Source: Cetorhinus maximus
Taxonomy: Eukaryota
Assembly: GCF_964194155.1 (NCBI RefSeq)
Contig: NC_135901.1
Span: forward strand, 27,218,001-27,282,000
Direction: 5' to 3'
Length of the DNA: 64,000 bases
Shown: in pieces, positions 37,805-50,455 of the stretch
Layout of the letters: every line of letters starts with the position of its first letter
How positions within the stretch are numbered: the stretch's first letter is position 1
Notes under the pieces: model-generated
The model's input: the letters and a program-made list of their open reading frames with translations, nothing else
Told to the model about the DNA's origin: nothing
The model's database searches: none
Made by a program: the position numbers and the translations under genes

Positions 37805-39205
37805 TCAGTCCTTGATGTGATTAACAGCAGCAATAACAGCACAATCCAACTCCTGTAATCCCTTGTGAACTCGCTGGTGCCTCAGCAGGCTGGATAAATG
37901 AGTGAATCCCTTCCCACACATAGAGCAGTTGAACGGCCTCTCCCCGGTGTGAACTCGCTGGTGTGTCAGCAGGGTGGATGAAACAGTAAATCCCTTCCCA
38001 CACTCGGAACAGGTGAAGGGTCTCTCCCCGGTATGAACTGGCTTGTGTTTTTTAAGGTCGGATGAATTACTGAATCCTTTCCCACACTTGAAGCAGGTGA
38101 ATGGCCTCTCCCCGGTGTGAACTCTCTGGTGTCTCAGCATATTGGATGAATCAGTGAATCCCATCCCACACTCGGAGCAGGTGAACGGCCTCTCCCCGGT
38201 GTGAACTCGCTGGTGTGTCTGCAGGTGGGTTGAATTACTGAATCCCTTCCCACAATCGATGCAGGTGAACAGCCTCTCCCCAGTGTGAACTCTCTGATGC
38301 CTCAGCAGGCTGGATGAATCACTGAATCCTTTCCCACATTCGGAGCAGGAGAACGGCCTCTCTCTGGTGTGAATTCGCTGGTGTGTCAGCAGAGCGGATG
38401 AATGAGTGAATCCCTTCCTACACTCGGGGCAGGTAAATGGCCTCTCCCCGATGTGAACTCGCTGGTGTGTCAGCAGGGTGGATGAAACAGTAAATCCCTT
38501 CCCACACTCGGAACAAGTGAAGGGTCTCTCCCCGGTATGAACTGGCTTGTGTTTTTTAAGGTCGGATGAATTACTGAATCCTTTCCCACACTTGAAGCAG
38601 GTGAATGGCCTCTCCCCGGTGTGAACTCTCTGGTGTCTCAGCATATTGGATGAATCAGTGAATCCCATCCCACACTCGGAGCAGGTGAACGGCCTCTCCC
38701 CGGTGTGAACTCGCTGGTGTGTCTGCAGGTGGGTTGAATTACTGAATCCCTTCCCACAATCGATGCAGGTGAACAGCCTCTCCCCAGTGTGAACTCTCTG
38801 ATGCCTCAGCAGGCTGGATGAATCACTGAATCCTTTCCCACATTCGGAGCAGGAGAACGGCCTCTCTCTGGTGTGAATTCGCTGGTGTGTCAGCAGAGCG
38901 GATGAATGAGTGAATCCCTTCCTACACTCGGGGCAGGTAAATGGCCTCTCCCCGATGTGAACTCGCTGGTGTCTCAGCAGGTTGGATGAATCACTGAATC
39001 CCTTCCCACACTCGGAGCAGGAGAACGGCCTCTCCCCGGTGTGAACTTGCTGGTGTCTCAGTAGCGTAGATGAATGAGTGAATCCCTTCCCACACACAGA
39101 GCAGGTGATTGGCCTCTCCCCAGTGTGACTGCGTCGATGAATCTCCAACTCAGATCGGGATTTGAATCCCTTCCCACAGTCCCCACATTTCCACGGTTTC
39201 TCCAT
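37805..39205 (-). CDS. C2H2 zinc-finger protein G, 16 fingers, with C-terminal stop-loss extension
   Basis: accATGg [10 protein letters not shown] at 39205; sixteen fingers; acceptor near 39562; exon-1 donor at 40723. Confidence 0.88.
   Translation of the reverse strand: MEKPWKCGDCGKGFKSRSELEIHRRSHTGERPITCSVCGKGFTHSSTLLRHQQVHTGERPFSCSECGKGFSDSSNLLRHQRVHIGERPFTCPECRKGFTHSSALLTHQRIHTRERPFSCSECGKGFSDSSSLLRHQRVHTGERLFTCIDCGKGFSNSTHLQTHQRVHTGERPFTCSECGMGFTDSSNMLRHQRVHTGERPFTCFKCGKGFSNSSDLKKHKPVHTGERPFTCSECGKGFTVSSTLLTHQRVHIGERPFTCPECRKGFTHSSALLTHQRIHTRERPFSCSECGKGFSDSSSLLRHQRVHTGERLFTCIDCGKGFSNSTHLQTHQRVHTGERPFTCSECGMGFTDSSNMLRHQRVHTGERPFTCFKCGKGFSNSSDLKKHKPVHTGERPFTCSECGKGFTVSSTLLTHQRVHTGERPFNCSMCGKGFTHLSSLLRHQRVHKGLQELDCAVIAAVNHIKD
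37948..38971. repeat. 504-bp (6-finger) tandem duplication inside gene G
   Basis: Sequence from 37951 recurs at 38455; only one difference noticed by eye (~38012 vs ~38516). Confidence 0.92.
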
Positions 39206-40723
39206 GGTGTGGGTGTCCTTGTGGCCCTTCAGGGTCAATGATCAGTTGAAGCCTCGTCCACACACATAACATGTATAATGTCTCTCCTTATTGCGAATCA
39301 TGATGTTTTTTTCAGACTGTGTCACTGGTTAAAGCTCTTTCCACAGTCAGTGCACTGGAACACTCTCACTCGGGTGTGTTTATGTCTTGGTTCTTTTCTG
39401 GTCAAAATGTTGTTTAATATCAGACAGAACAGACAAACCTTTCTCCTTCTAGATTCAAAGGTTGATGATATTCAGGTCCTGATGAATCGAGTGACTTTGT
39501 CAGATCTTGATGTAAAGTTCGTTTTAAGCTTTCTGTTTGCAAATCCTCCCCTTCTAATATCCTGTAAAAGGAGTTTACAAAAATCATCACTGTCAGTCCA
39601 GGGTAGAAATTCAGAACAGACAATTCTAGTTTCTAAGGAACATTCTTTCCTCTCTCGTCCCCCAAAAACTGTAAATCTCCGTCCCCAATGCACTCTCCCT
39701 CCATTTTCACTCCGCTGTATCTAATATTCTCCCAACATTACTGCACTAAAAATGTGTGTAATATACAGTGTTAGGGTAGGAAACAGTGAACTGCCAAGGA
39801 GTGTTTCAAATTGTATTGTAGGTTAATTGACAAATACTTCACTGGGTGTATCTAAAGAGGAAACAGGTGAGACAATGTGCAGAATTCTGCGTGTGTTAGA
39901 ATAAAATTCTGCTTGAAGAAGTCAAGATCGGTTTCTGTCTTTATTGTCAAGCAGCCTTTGGATCTTACCATACAGTATTCCATTACATGATTAGGGACAG
40001 ATGGGTCTGTTAAGGAGAACTTTATTTCGACAGTGAATGCTGATGACCTGGATCTCGCTGTCTACGAGGGTGGTGGGAGCAGAGACAGTCAATAATTTCA
40101 CAATGAAATCAGATGGGCACTTGAAGGAAATAAACTTGCAGGGGAACGGGTATATAGAGGGGGAATGGGACTGACTGGATTGCTCCACAGAGAGTCAGCA
40201 TGGACTCATGTTAACAAATGGACTCCTTCTGTGCTGTAATGACTCTGTGACTGGAAACACATTATGTAGCTACAGTAGTATATTACAGGACTAGGAACAA
40301 TAATAAATGAACGTTACTGCAGAACCATAAATAATATATCTAAAATGTCCCCATCATAACATTATGCATATCCAAGCCCTATGTTACTATATTGTCCATG
40401 GTGTGCAACTCCTCTGAACCAAAACAAGGGACACCTCAACCTCAGGACTGGGGGATGAGTGGCGTTGGGATGCTGGTGACTGTGAGAGTAAGTTAGCGGG
40501 GTTTGGGTTTCAATATGAGAGGAGGGGTCTTGAGACAATAATAGTGGGAGGTATGGGGATTAAAATCAACTAAAACTTACAACTTATCTCGTTCAGTCAG
40601 AACATCATCTCTCACCTTTCCCTGGATTCACTTCCTTTCCCTTCAGTTCCTGCAAGTCAACAATTTGCCCCCAGAATGAGAAAAGAAATGGAAAGGGGGG
40701 AGAAAATAAAGTGTTTTACTCAC

Positions 40724-41270
40724 AGATGTTGGACACAGGAGGAAATTTTAGTCTGTGTGAAGCTCAATCTTCATTCACACAAGGCCCGCGCTCTGATTGC
40801 TGGAGGACCAGAGTCCTTCCGGTCCTCCAACGCTCCCCATTGGTCAATCTTCCGCATTAAGACAATGGGGCTGTGGAAAACTTCCTGGGCCCGGCAGACC
40901 CTTTGTCCCGATGATGAGCTGAGCGAAAACAGAATTACCTGGAAAAACTCAGCAGGTCTGGCAGCATCGGCGGAGAAGAAAAGAGTTGACGTTTCGAGTC
41001 CTCATGACCCTTCAACAAAACTAAGATGAGCTGAACGGTTGGCCAATGGGAAACGACAGGCTCCGCACATGCGCAGCTTCCCCTCTCCCTTGGACATGCG
41101 CAATGCCGGGCCGCCCGCCCGCGCGGCGGATAGAGAGGTTTCCCCAGCGCGGGGGATTGTGGGCACTGAAGCCGCCATTACTCATTCGGATCCCAGTCTC
41201 CAAACTCCTGAGACTGGGATGGAAAGTGGGGGTGAGGGGCGCAGTGACCCCACCCTGACACAAATTACAT
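40724..41270. promoter_or_regulatory. Bidirectional promoter plus first exons, arm A (-) / arm C (+)
   Basis: Donors GTGAGT at 40723 (minus) and 41271 (plus); NRF1-like CATGCGCA twice; CCAAT; CpG-rich. Confidence 0.7.
40923..41024 (-). mobile_element. Short Penelope pseudo-LTR insertion within a promoter
   Basis: 10-bp TSD GATGAGCTGA at 40913 and 41025; homologous to 37480-37590 and 50938-51035. Confidence 0.75.
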
Positions 41271-41335
41271 GTGAGTAGATTTGATTGTGACGCCCCCTTA
41301 GCAAAACAGTTAACTTCATGTGTAAAGATTTAGAC

Positions 41336-41433
41336 TGAAATAAAAAGAGAAAGTGCTGAAGACACTCAACATGTCTGGAATCATCTGTGGAGAGAGAAAC
41401 GGAGTTAACGTTTCGAGAATGTGACTCTCTTCC
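41336..41433 (-). mobile_element. Short Penelope pseudo-LTR insertion
   Basis: 15-bp TSD TGTAAAGAT(T/G)TAGAC at 41321 and 41434; absent from paralogous arm-C copies. Confidence 0.7.
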
Positions 41434-41734
41434 TGTAAAGATGTAGACACCTGGATGACATATTAGGGAGAGCAATAACTAACCCAAGAGGTCTTGTGGA
41501 GACGTGGGTAGTATCCCAGCTTCTTAACAAAAAGCTCCTAATTCAAATCCCACTCTAGGACGTAATGGCCAAGGTAAGTGTCTTCATGATACAGCCAAAC
41601 AAATTTAGTATCAACTTGTAAAACCTTTCAACACACGCCCATGGCAGGTGGTAAAAGACAGAGAGATTCCTGGTCAGTGATGTAATGGAAAGAAATTAGA
41701 ATCTCGGCCATCAATATCCATGGATTTTTTAACT

Positions 41735-42040
41735 TCATTCATGGGATATGGGCTTCGCTTGCTGGGCCAGCATGTATTGCCCATCCCTAGTTGTCCTTGA
41801 GAAAGTGGTGGTGAGCTGCCTTCTTGAACTTCTGCAGTCCATGTACTGTAGGTACACCCACAGTGCTGTTAGGAAGGGAGTTCCAGGGTTTTGACCCAGC
41901 AACAATGAATGAACGGTGATATATTTCCAAGTCCGGATGGTGAGTGACTTGAAGGGGATCTTCCAGGTGGTGGTGTTCCCGTCTATCTGCTGCCCTTGTC
42001 CTTCAAATGGTAGTGGTCGTGGGTTTGGAAGGACTGTAAC
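41735..42040 (-). mobile_element. CR1-clade LINE 3' end
   Basis: Colinear with 30560-30865. Confidence 0.7.
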
Positions 42041-42279
42041 TTGCATGTAACAGTGTGTGTTGCCACAACAATTCACACTCCTCGGTGGGGCTGGTTGGGT
42101 GTGGATCAGATTGGTGCCAACAGCACGGGGATCGATGCCCGTTCCAGCTGTGGTGGACTCAGGATCTGCCTCCTTACCCTACCCATGGTGCAGGTCATGA
42201 CACTGTGGGTCAGATTCAAGAAGAAGAGGAGGGATTCAGTCCCTCATTGAGCTTTATTACATCCTGTGAGCTCCCAGCG

Positions 42280-42450
42280 GAGAGAGAGAGGCCATTCACC
42301 TGCTCCATATGTGGGAATGGAGTCACTCAGTCAGCCAACCTGCTGGCCCACAGCGAGTTCAGGCTAGCAAGAGGCTGTTTAAATTCCAAGTGTGGAAAGG
42401 GATTCATACGTTCATCCCACTTGCTGAGACACCAGCGAGTTCACAAGTGA
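42280..42450 (+). pseudogene. Zinc-finger gene remnant H (last two decayed fingers, then the family 3' UTR)
   Basis: ERPFTCSICG...[22 protein letters not shown]. Confidence 0.75.
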
Positions 42451-43272
42451 TTCCAGGGGCAGGATTCTGCTGTTATTGCTGCTGCTAATCACATCCAGGA
42501 CTGAACCATGATCATTCTGACAGTTGGGGTTTGTTTCTGCTGATGTTAATAATCCCTGTAACTGGGCTGGAGTTTAATATCCTGGGTAAATGTCAAATAA
42601 ATCAGTTTTGTTTTGGGCACACAGTTTGTCAAGTCCTTGATGTCACTGAGATGCAAAAAGGTAGGTTTTAAGCAGAGATTTAACGGAGGATACAGAAGTG
42701 GAGGGGTTAAGGGTGGAAATTCCAGAGCTTAGGAACCTGACAGCTGAAGCCCTGGATTTTGGGGACTCGAGTCATTAGAGTGGGGACTTGAACCCATGAC
42801 CTTCAGATTCAGATACGAGAGTATGAGGCTGACTGAGTCCTGGTGTTCGGGGAAGTGATGTGAAGTCTCAGTTGCCTCATTCTTCCTCTGTTCTTTGTCC
42901 CATTCCAGGGTCAGCAGATCAGCTGAGAAACTGGACAACAATTAAAAGGGGCAAGAAGAAAGTTAAGAAAATAAATTTCTTCACCCAGTGAGTGGTGAGA
43001 ATGTGGAACTTGCTCCGACACAAGCGGTTGAGACTAATAGCATAGATCCATTCATCGGAATTTGAATATGTTCAGGGGGAAGAAAGATGAGGCTTATGTT
43101 TGGCACAGCAGCTCATAAATGCTCAGCTGCTCAAATCCCAGACGGAAACTTGAAACAACTGCCACATCTGGTTTGCAATTTATATTCTGATTTTGAGATG
43201 TGTGCTTTGAATTCAGTGGTAATGAGTCCACCAAAGCTTAAAGGTTTTTGTTTACAAAACGAAATTAAACAT

Positions 43273-44722
43273 TGTCACGAAGAGATATTAATGTATATAA
43301 TATTATTGGAAATTATGTTAAATTGGACTTGTGGTAGGGTCTGTGTCTGTGGGTGTGTCTGTGTGTGTGTCTTAATTGGATTGAAGCCAGCTAGTCTGGG
43401 TGCTGTGATGCGTAGTAGTTTTGAGATGTTAAACAGTAAGGAAGTTAAGGTAAAGAGTACGTTTGCATTTTGTTGAATAAACAATAAGATTGGGAGTGAA
43501 ATCTTGCATCTAGCTAGGAGACACCAAGCAATATGTTTATATTGTTAAAAAAAAATTGGTACTATGAAAGAGTATTAATTGTTAGAGGAGGTAGCGTTCA
43601 AAGGGCCTGGTGATACAATGTGGAAGAATAAAATACATCTACAGGTCAACTAAGGGTTAAACAGTTAGCACCATAGTGGAATACTATAGCACAGTTCCCT
43701 CTCTTGTTAGCACCATAGTGGAATACTACAGCACAGTTCCCTCTTTCGTTCTAGCAGGCACACCTGCAGCTGCCAGCTAATTGAGCAGGAGGGGAGAAAG
43801 GGGAGTGTCATGGGCAGGCTTCCTGGAGTCCTTGAGACGAGGCTGGGATGTCTGCCCCCAACACAAGGAGACAGGATCAAGCAATGGTCATCTGTTCTCT
43901 AGAGTGTACACCCCCTAGCACTAAAGATAAGGTCAAGCATGGTTATCTATTCTCTGTCTCACTTTTTATTACTACGTGAGCTTCCCCCAATATCCTGTAT
44001 AGTCATAAACTTAGAACAGACTAATTGTGTGACAATGATTCTCAATGTAATTGATCATTGAAAGTTAGACAGTCTTATCACCTTCAAGCTCTTTGATATG
44101 TACAACTTCTACTATAAATATGTGTGTAGTCTGATGCTTCCTCAGAGTGTCAGCTAGCTACCTTGTATGCTACTGGGCTCTCCGTGATATCACGATTAAT
44201 AAAGGCTTCCGAGACAAACCTCCTGGGTCTGAGTGTTCACTCCGATTTCCGCGACATACAATGAGAATTTTCATTCAAAGCAGAGGCTAGGGAAAGACAG
44301 AAGATTTTCCTGCGTGGGAGTCAGAGGCATGGAAGATCTTAACCTGTAAGCCTGCCACTGTGTCTGCAAAGGAACAAATTCAAAGGAACCTCATTTTGAT
44401 TTCGTAAAGTGAAAAATGCGTTGCCTGATGTCTGTTTAAGTCTATTGGTTATTGTTGCCTTAGTGGAGATTAATTTGGGAATTTGTTAAAAAGTTATGAT
44501 CATAGTAATTTGTAGCCATGTGCATGTGTTTAATTTGTTGTAAATTAATAAATATTTAATTTAGTTTGATATAAAAACCTCTCTAGACTTGGTGGTCTTA
44601 TTCCTCAATATGGTGTTGCAACTCAAAACATACCAATTGAAAATATAGGTTATGACAGTTGTTTAAAGTTTCCCTCTGGGGTTTTAAATAACTCAGCCTT
44701 TACCAACTGCTGTGTCATACCA
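43273..44722 (+). mobile_element. Solo LTR, middle layer
   Basis: TG...CA termini; 4-bp TSD ACAT at 43269-43272 and 44723-44726; AATAAA near 44547. Confidence 0.8.
43619..44256 (+). mobile_element. Solo LTR, innermost layer (638 bp)
   Basis: TG...CA termini; 5-bp TSD TACAA at 43614-43618 and 44257-44261; TATAAATA ~44113; AATAAA 44198; internal 42-bp tandem repeat at 43664/43706. Confidence 0.85.
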
Positions 44723-45112
44723 ACATTTATTAATAAAATAAGTAACTTTAAGGACAAACATAGGTCTACAAATTACTACTATGATAACTCCAAGCTCCAC
44801 GAATTAATCAGACTCCCTGTTATACCCCTGTGAAGGCAACAAAAACAAAATGGATTTTAACAAACCCAGGCAAGGCACACGATACCCTGGTCAGGGATAT
44901 TCACAATGAATTCTCTTAGTTTCGTTTCTTATAGGCAGCAGCTTGGTACATAGAGGCTGGAGGCTTTTCACACTTGTTAGATCTTAGAATTCCTTTCCCT
45001 TACACATAACCTCATTTCCTTTATACATGTTTCTCCCTTTCTAATGTAAACCCCATTGTTCCAATATGTCGTTGGACTTTACCTTCCTAAAAATAAATTC
45101 TTTCAGAGTACC

Positions 45113-45500
45113 AAAGGGGTTTGCATACACACAGGCCCTGAAATAAAGGGGTTTGTATACACAGAATGTGAACTAAAGGGGTTTACATACACACAGGCCC
45201 TGAACTAAAGGGGTTTGTGTACCCACGGACCCTGAGCTAAAGAGGATTGTGTGCACACAGACCCTGAACTAAAGGGGTTTACATACACACATGGCCTGAA
45301 CTAAAGGGGTTTGTGTACACAGACAATGAACTAAAAGGGATTGTGTCCTCTCCAACCCTGAACTAAAGGGGTTTCTGTACACACAGACCATGAACTAAAT
45401 AGGATTGCGTACACACAGACCCTGAACTAAAGGGGTTTACATCCACACAGGCCCTGAAATACTGGGGTTTGAGTACACACAGTTACTGAGCTGCAGGGGT
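45113..45500. repeat. ~33-bp minisatellite (consensus about CCCTGAACTAAAGGGGTTTGTGTACACACAGA)
   Basis: About 12 diverged tandem units. Confidence 0.85.
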
Positions 45501-46879
45501 ATTCATACGCACAGATCCTGAGCAATATAGGTCCAAGTCAGGAGTGTCACACGGAGGGAAATTTCAACTGATGCCGTTCCCATGTGTCTGTTGCCCTTGT
45601 CATTCGAGCTGTTAGAGGTTGTATTTGGAAGGTTCTGTCGAAAGGTGCCTGACAAGTTGCTGCAGTGTATCTTGTAGATGGTACACACTGCAACCACAGT
45701 GTGTCAGCGATGGAGGGAGTGAACGTTCAAGATGATGGATGGGGTGCTGTTCAAGTGGGCAGTTTGTCCTGGATGAAACAGACTCTCCAATTTGATAAAG
45801 ACTGGCTGAAAAATAATAATCGTTTTGGGAAAGCAATGGTATCAGTGAATTTAAAAAAATTCAGTCAATTTGCAAAATGTTTGCTCTTGAAAGATATATT
45901 GGAACAAATCACATGAGATGTTTGCAGTTGAATTGAATGCTTTGGCTCCTCACGTGGATACCTGACTGACAAGAGGCAGTGATTGGACAATGGCTGGAAA
46001 CAATGAGCTGAAATGTTCTTCTGTGAGTGAAACTGTTTCTCTTTAACCCGGAATGGACTATGTCAGAGTTAAAGGCAATACCAGGTTCAATTACATTGAA
46101 TGTACAGCACAAAAACAGGTCATTCAGCCCACCCAATCCATGCCAGGGTTTATATTTCACGTGAGCCTCCTCCCATGCTTTCTCATTTCACTCTATCAGT
46201 GAATCCTTCGGTTCATTTCTCCCCCATGTGCGTATCCAGCTTCCCCTTAAATGTATCTGTGTTATTCACCTCCATCACTACCTGTGGTAGCGAGTTCCAC
46301 ATTCTCACCACTCTCTGGTAAAGAAGTTTCTCCTGAATTCCTGATTAAATTTACCATGACCTCTCGTTTTCCTCTTCCTCCTACAAATTGAAACATTTTC
46401 TGTGTTAATCAAAACCTTTCAGAATTATAAAAAACCTCCAACAGCCCTCAGCCTTGTCTTTCCAAGAGAGAAGTGACCCAGCCTATTCATCGTCTCCGGA
46501 TGGGTTAAAACTCTCAGAGTAAAAATCTGAAGACATAAATGCTTTGTTCACACATGAGCTCAGCACAGTGAGACAGCATGGACAGAGTCACAATGGAGCC
46601 TGAGAACAGGAGGTTCACTGAGAATGGCTGGGCTAGGCTGTGCTGTGGGAATGAGATGGTTGATCAGACTGTTCATCGTAGGGGTCTTTGAGTTGGGGGC
46701 AGTGGGGAGTTCAAGTGGCAGCCTTCAGTAACAGAACAACCTGTATTTATATAGCACCTTTAATGTAACAACATGTCCCAAGTTTTTCACATGAACATTT
46801 TGAAACAGAAATTGACAAAAGATTTGTTCAAGATTATGATTATGTCATAGAACATCCTACAATCGTTAATGTGATTTGG

Positions 46880-47175
46880 GTGGCTCATCCCAAATTGTCC
46901 TTGTTCAGAGAGCATTTAAGAGTCAACAGGATTGCTGTGGGTCTGGAGTCACGTGTCGGCCAGATTTCCTTATCTCGAGGGCATTGGTGAAACAAATCAA
47001 ATGGGTTTTTGCAACAATCAGCAATGGTTTTATGGTCGTCATCAGACCTTTGAATCCTGGTTTTTGTTGAATTCAAATTTCAACATCTGCCGTGGTGTGA
47101 TTCTAACCCGGGTCCCCAGAGTATTACCCGGGATCTCTGCAATATTAGTCCAATGGCAATGCCACTATGCCTCTC
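46880..47175 (-). mobile_element. tRNA-derived SINE, same family as 20330-20695
   Basis: Reverse-complement similarity including head and core. Confidence 0.6.
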
Positions 47176-47414
47176 AAACTATATACCTCTGTGCCCCGGA
47201 CATTCCCTTCCAACTATTGATTGTAACAGTAATTCGTCCTATTATCCTCCTCCTCCTTCTTCCCCAATTCTCCTCCCCGGAAGGTGCTGACTCTCGGGTT
47301 CAGTTTCACACTCACCTATTGCCCTCCCCAATATGTTACCCAGGTGTCTAAATCTTTACACCTGAAGTTAACAAACTGTTTTGCTAAGGGGAGTCACAAT
47401 CAAATCCAGTGACT

Positions 47415-47837
47415 ACCCACTTGTACTTTGTGTCAGGGTGGGGTCACTGCGCCCCCCACCCCCACTTTCCATCCCAGTCCCAGGAGTTTGGAGACTGGGC
47501 TCCGGATGAGTAATGGCGGCCGTAACTCCCAAAAAAAACCTCGCGCACCACTCTATCCGCCACGCGGGTGGGCAGCCCGGGACTGCGCATGTCCAAGGGA
47601 GAGAGGAAGCTGCGCGTGTGCAGTGAATGGCGTTGCCCATTGGCCATCCGCTCATTCCGTCTTGAGAGTCAGAGGGTCTCCCTCGCGCTGCCCCATTGTC
47701 TTCATGCGAGAGATTGACCAATGGGAAAAGTTGGAGGACCGGAAGGACTCTGGTCCTCCAACCAATCAGAGCGCGTCTTTGCGTGAATGAAGATTGAGCT
47801 TCACACAGACTAAAACTTCCTCCTGTGTCCAATATCT
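47415..47837. promoter_or_regulatory. Bidirectional promoter plus first exons, arm C (-) / arm A (+)
   Basis: Inverted paralogue of 40724-41270 without the Penelope insert; donor GTGAGT at 47838. Confidence 0.7.
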
Positions 47838-48863
47838 GTGAGTAAAACACTTTCTTTTCTCCCCCTTTCCATTTCTTTTCCCATTCTGCGCATAAATTAT
47901 TAGATATATTATTTATGGTTCTGTAATAAAGTACATTTATATTATTTATAGTCTTGTAATATAGTACTGTAGCTACGTTACATATTTCCTGTCAGACTCA
48001 TTACGGCACAGAAGGAGTCCATTTGGCAACTTGAGTCCATGTCAGCTCTCTGTAGAGCAATCCAGTCAGTCCCATTCCCCCTCCATATCCCCATTCCCCT
48101 GCAAGCTTATTTCCTTCAAGTGCCTGTCCAATTTCAATTTGAAATCATTGATCACCTCTGCTACCTCCACCCGCCCAGGCAGCGAGTTCCAGGTCATGGC
48201 TAGTCACTTCCTGAACAAAGTTCATCCTCACATCGCCCTCCATATTTACAGCCTGCAGCAACATTTTCATGTCTGTGTCCACGACATGAAGCAGTGACCA
48301 TGGATCTGTTGACCAGCATTGATCGCTCCTTCTGGAGAATTGGGAGGGTGTATATTCGGTACAGCTGAGTGAGAATGGAGAGAAAGTGTCTGGAATGTGG
48401 GAATGAGAAAGGAAGGAATGATACACTGAAACTAGACTTCTCTGTTCTGAATTTCTAAACTGTACTGACATTGATGCTATTTGTAAACTACTTTTACAGG
48501 ATACTAGAAGGGGAGGAATTGCAGACACAAATCACAAACCAAATTGCATGTCAAATCTGACAGAGTCACTTGATTTACCGGGACCTGAATATCATTGGCT
48601 TTTCAATGTGGAAGGAGAAATGTTTCCCTGTTCTGTCTGCTTCAAAAGGTACGAAAGATCCGTGTGACTGGAACAGCAGCAAGACACACACACACCTGAG
48701 TGAAAGTGTTCCAGTGCACTGACTATGGAAAGAGCTTTAACCAGTTACTCAGTTGAGAAAATATCGCACCATTCACACTGAGGAGAGACATCATACATGT
48801 TCTGTGTGAGGACAGGTCTTCAACTGACCATCGGACCTGGGAAGACACAAGGGCATCCACATC

Positions 48864-49496
48864 ATGGAGAAACCGTGGAAATGTGGGGACTGGAGATTCA
48901 TCAATGCAGCCACACTGGGGAGAGGCCATTCACTTGCTTTGTGTATGGGAAGGGATTCAGAGATTTATACACCCTGTGGTCACATAAGCGAGTTCACACT
49001 GGGGAGAGGCCATTTACCTGCTCCATGTGTGGTAAGCAATTCACTCAGTCATCCATCCTTCGGAGACACCATGTCACTCACACCAATGAGAGACCCTGTA
49101 AATGCTCTGATTGTGGCAGTGGCTTCAAAAGTGCTGCAGTTCTGAGGGTCCACCAGCGCATTCACACTGAGGAGAGACCGTTCAGCTGTTCTCGCTGTGC
49201 GATGAGATTTAGTACGTCATCCAATCTGGGGACACACCAGCGAGTTTACACTGGGGAGAGGCCATTCACCTGCTGCGAGTGTGGGAAGGGATTCAGTAAT
49301 TCATGTAACTTGTTGGCACACCAACGAGTTCAGGCCGTTCACCTGCTCCATGTGTGGGAAGGGATTTATTCGATTATCCCACCTGCTGCAACGTCAGCGA
49401 GTTCACACTGGGGAGAAGCTGTTCACCTGCTCCGTGTGTGGGAAGGTATTCACTCAGTCACCACACCTGCTGAGAGACCAGCGAGTTCATAATTGA
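48864..49496 (+). pseudogene. Frameshifted C2H2 zinc-finger pseudogene I
   Basis: MEKPWKCGD then a deletion/frameshift; fingers spread over three frames; second deletion near 49332. Confidence 0.85.
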
Positions 49497-50455
49497 TTCC
49501 AGGAGTTGGATTCTGTTATTGCTGCTGTTAATCACATCCAGGAATGAACCATGTTCATTCTGACACTTGGTGAAGTGGGAGGGTTGGAGGGTTTCTTTCT
49601 GCTGGACTGGCCGGTCTCACGACTTTGCTTCCAGTGGGATGATGCTCTTTGAGCCTGGGAGTGAACACTTCCACTGAAATGATCCACAAAAGCTGATGAA
49701 GGACATTTATTTTATCCTGGGTAGTAAATGCTGCTCCTCCAGCTTGTGTTGGGTTTCTCGGGAACATTGCAGCAGGCCGAGGACAGAAATGTGAGCATGA
49801 GTGCAAGGTGGTGAATTATAATGGCAGCAACTGGAAGGTCAGGGTCAGGCCTGTGGACTGAGCGGAGGTGTTCCACAAAGAGGGCAGCGAACAGGGGACA
49901 GATGAAATAAAGAGAAATCATTTGGGTCCAGAACGTTGTGCATATCCTTTTACTCTGGTTGGCTTTGATCCTCAAGTAATTTTCCATTTTTTTAACCATG
50001 TTCTGTTTCATTAATAAACTTTTGTCAGTAAAATTATTTGATTTTTCTGGACTTTTCATGATTAGATTTCTGCACTTTAAGGAAAGTGGGTGAGAGGGGT
50101 TGGCAGGCTTTTTAACAGAAAGTGAGTCCCTCTAAGCCGATTGACAAAGGAGCCAGAGGGGAGATGAGATTTTATTTTTGACACAACGATGTTAGAAAAT
50201 GGAAGGAGGCCATTCGGCCTATCGTGTCTGCACCAGCTCTCCAAATGAGTATCATGACCTAGTGCCATTGCTCGGCCTTTTCCCCATACCCTTGCACATT
50301 GTTACAATCAATAAGGAGTGAGTGTTGTTGTGGTGTTGGGGGGAAGTGCAGAGATTTATAGTTTGAGAGGGAGAAGGATGTCCTGTGAGAACTGGAATCG
50401 ACAGTCCTGGTTTTCCACCCTTCACTTCTGTAATCGTTTCTAATCTCCGTTTACA

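Larger units (their letters stand above)
43097..45110 (-). mobile_element. Outer LTR-like element of a three-layer nest
   Basis: 43097-43272 resembles the reverse complement of 44550-44722 and continues after 44726; right boundary approximate. Confidence 0.55.

Noticed and set aside
45113-45500. Regular ~33-bp repeats read as a CRISPR array
   Set aside because: No unique spacers, no cas genes, eukaryotic context; it is a minisatellite
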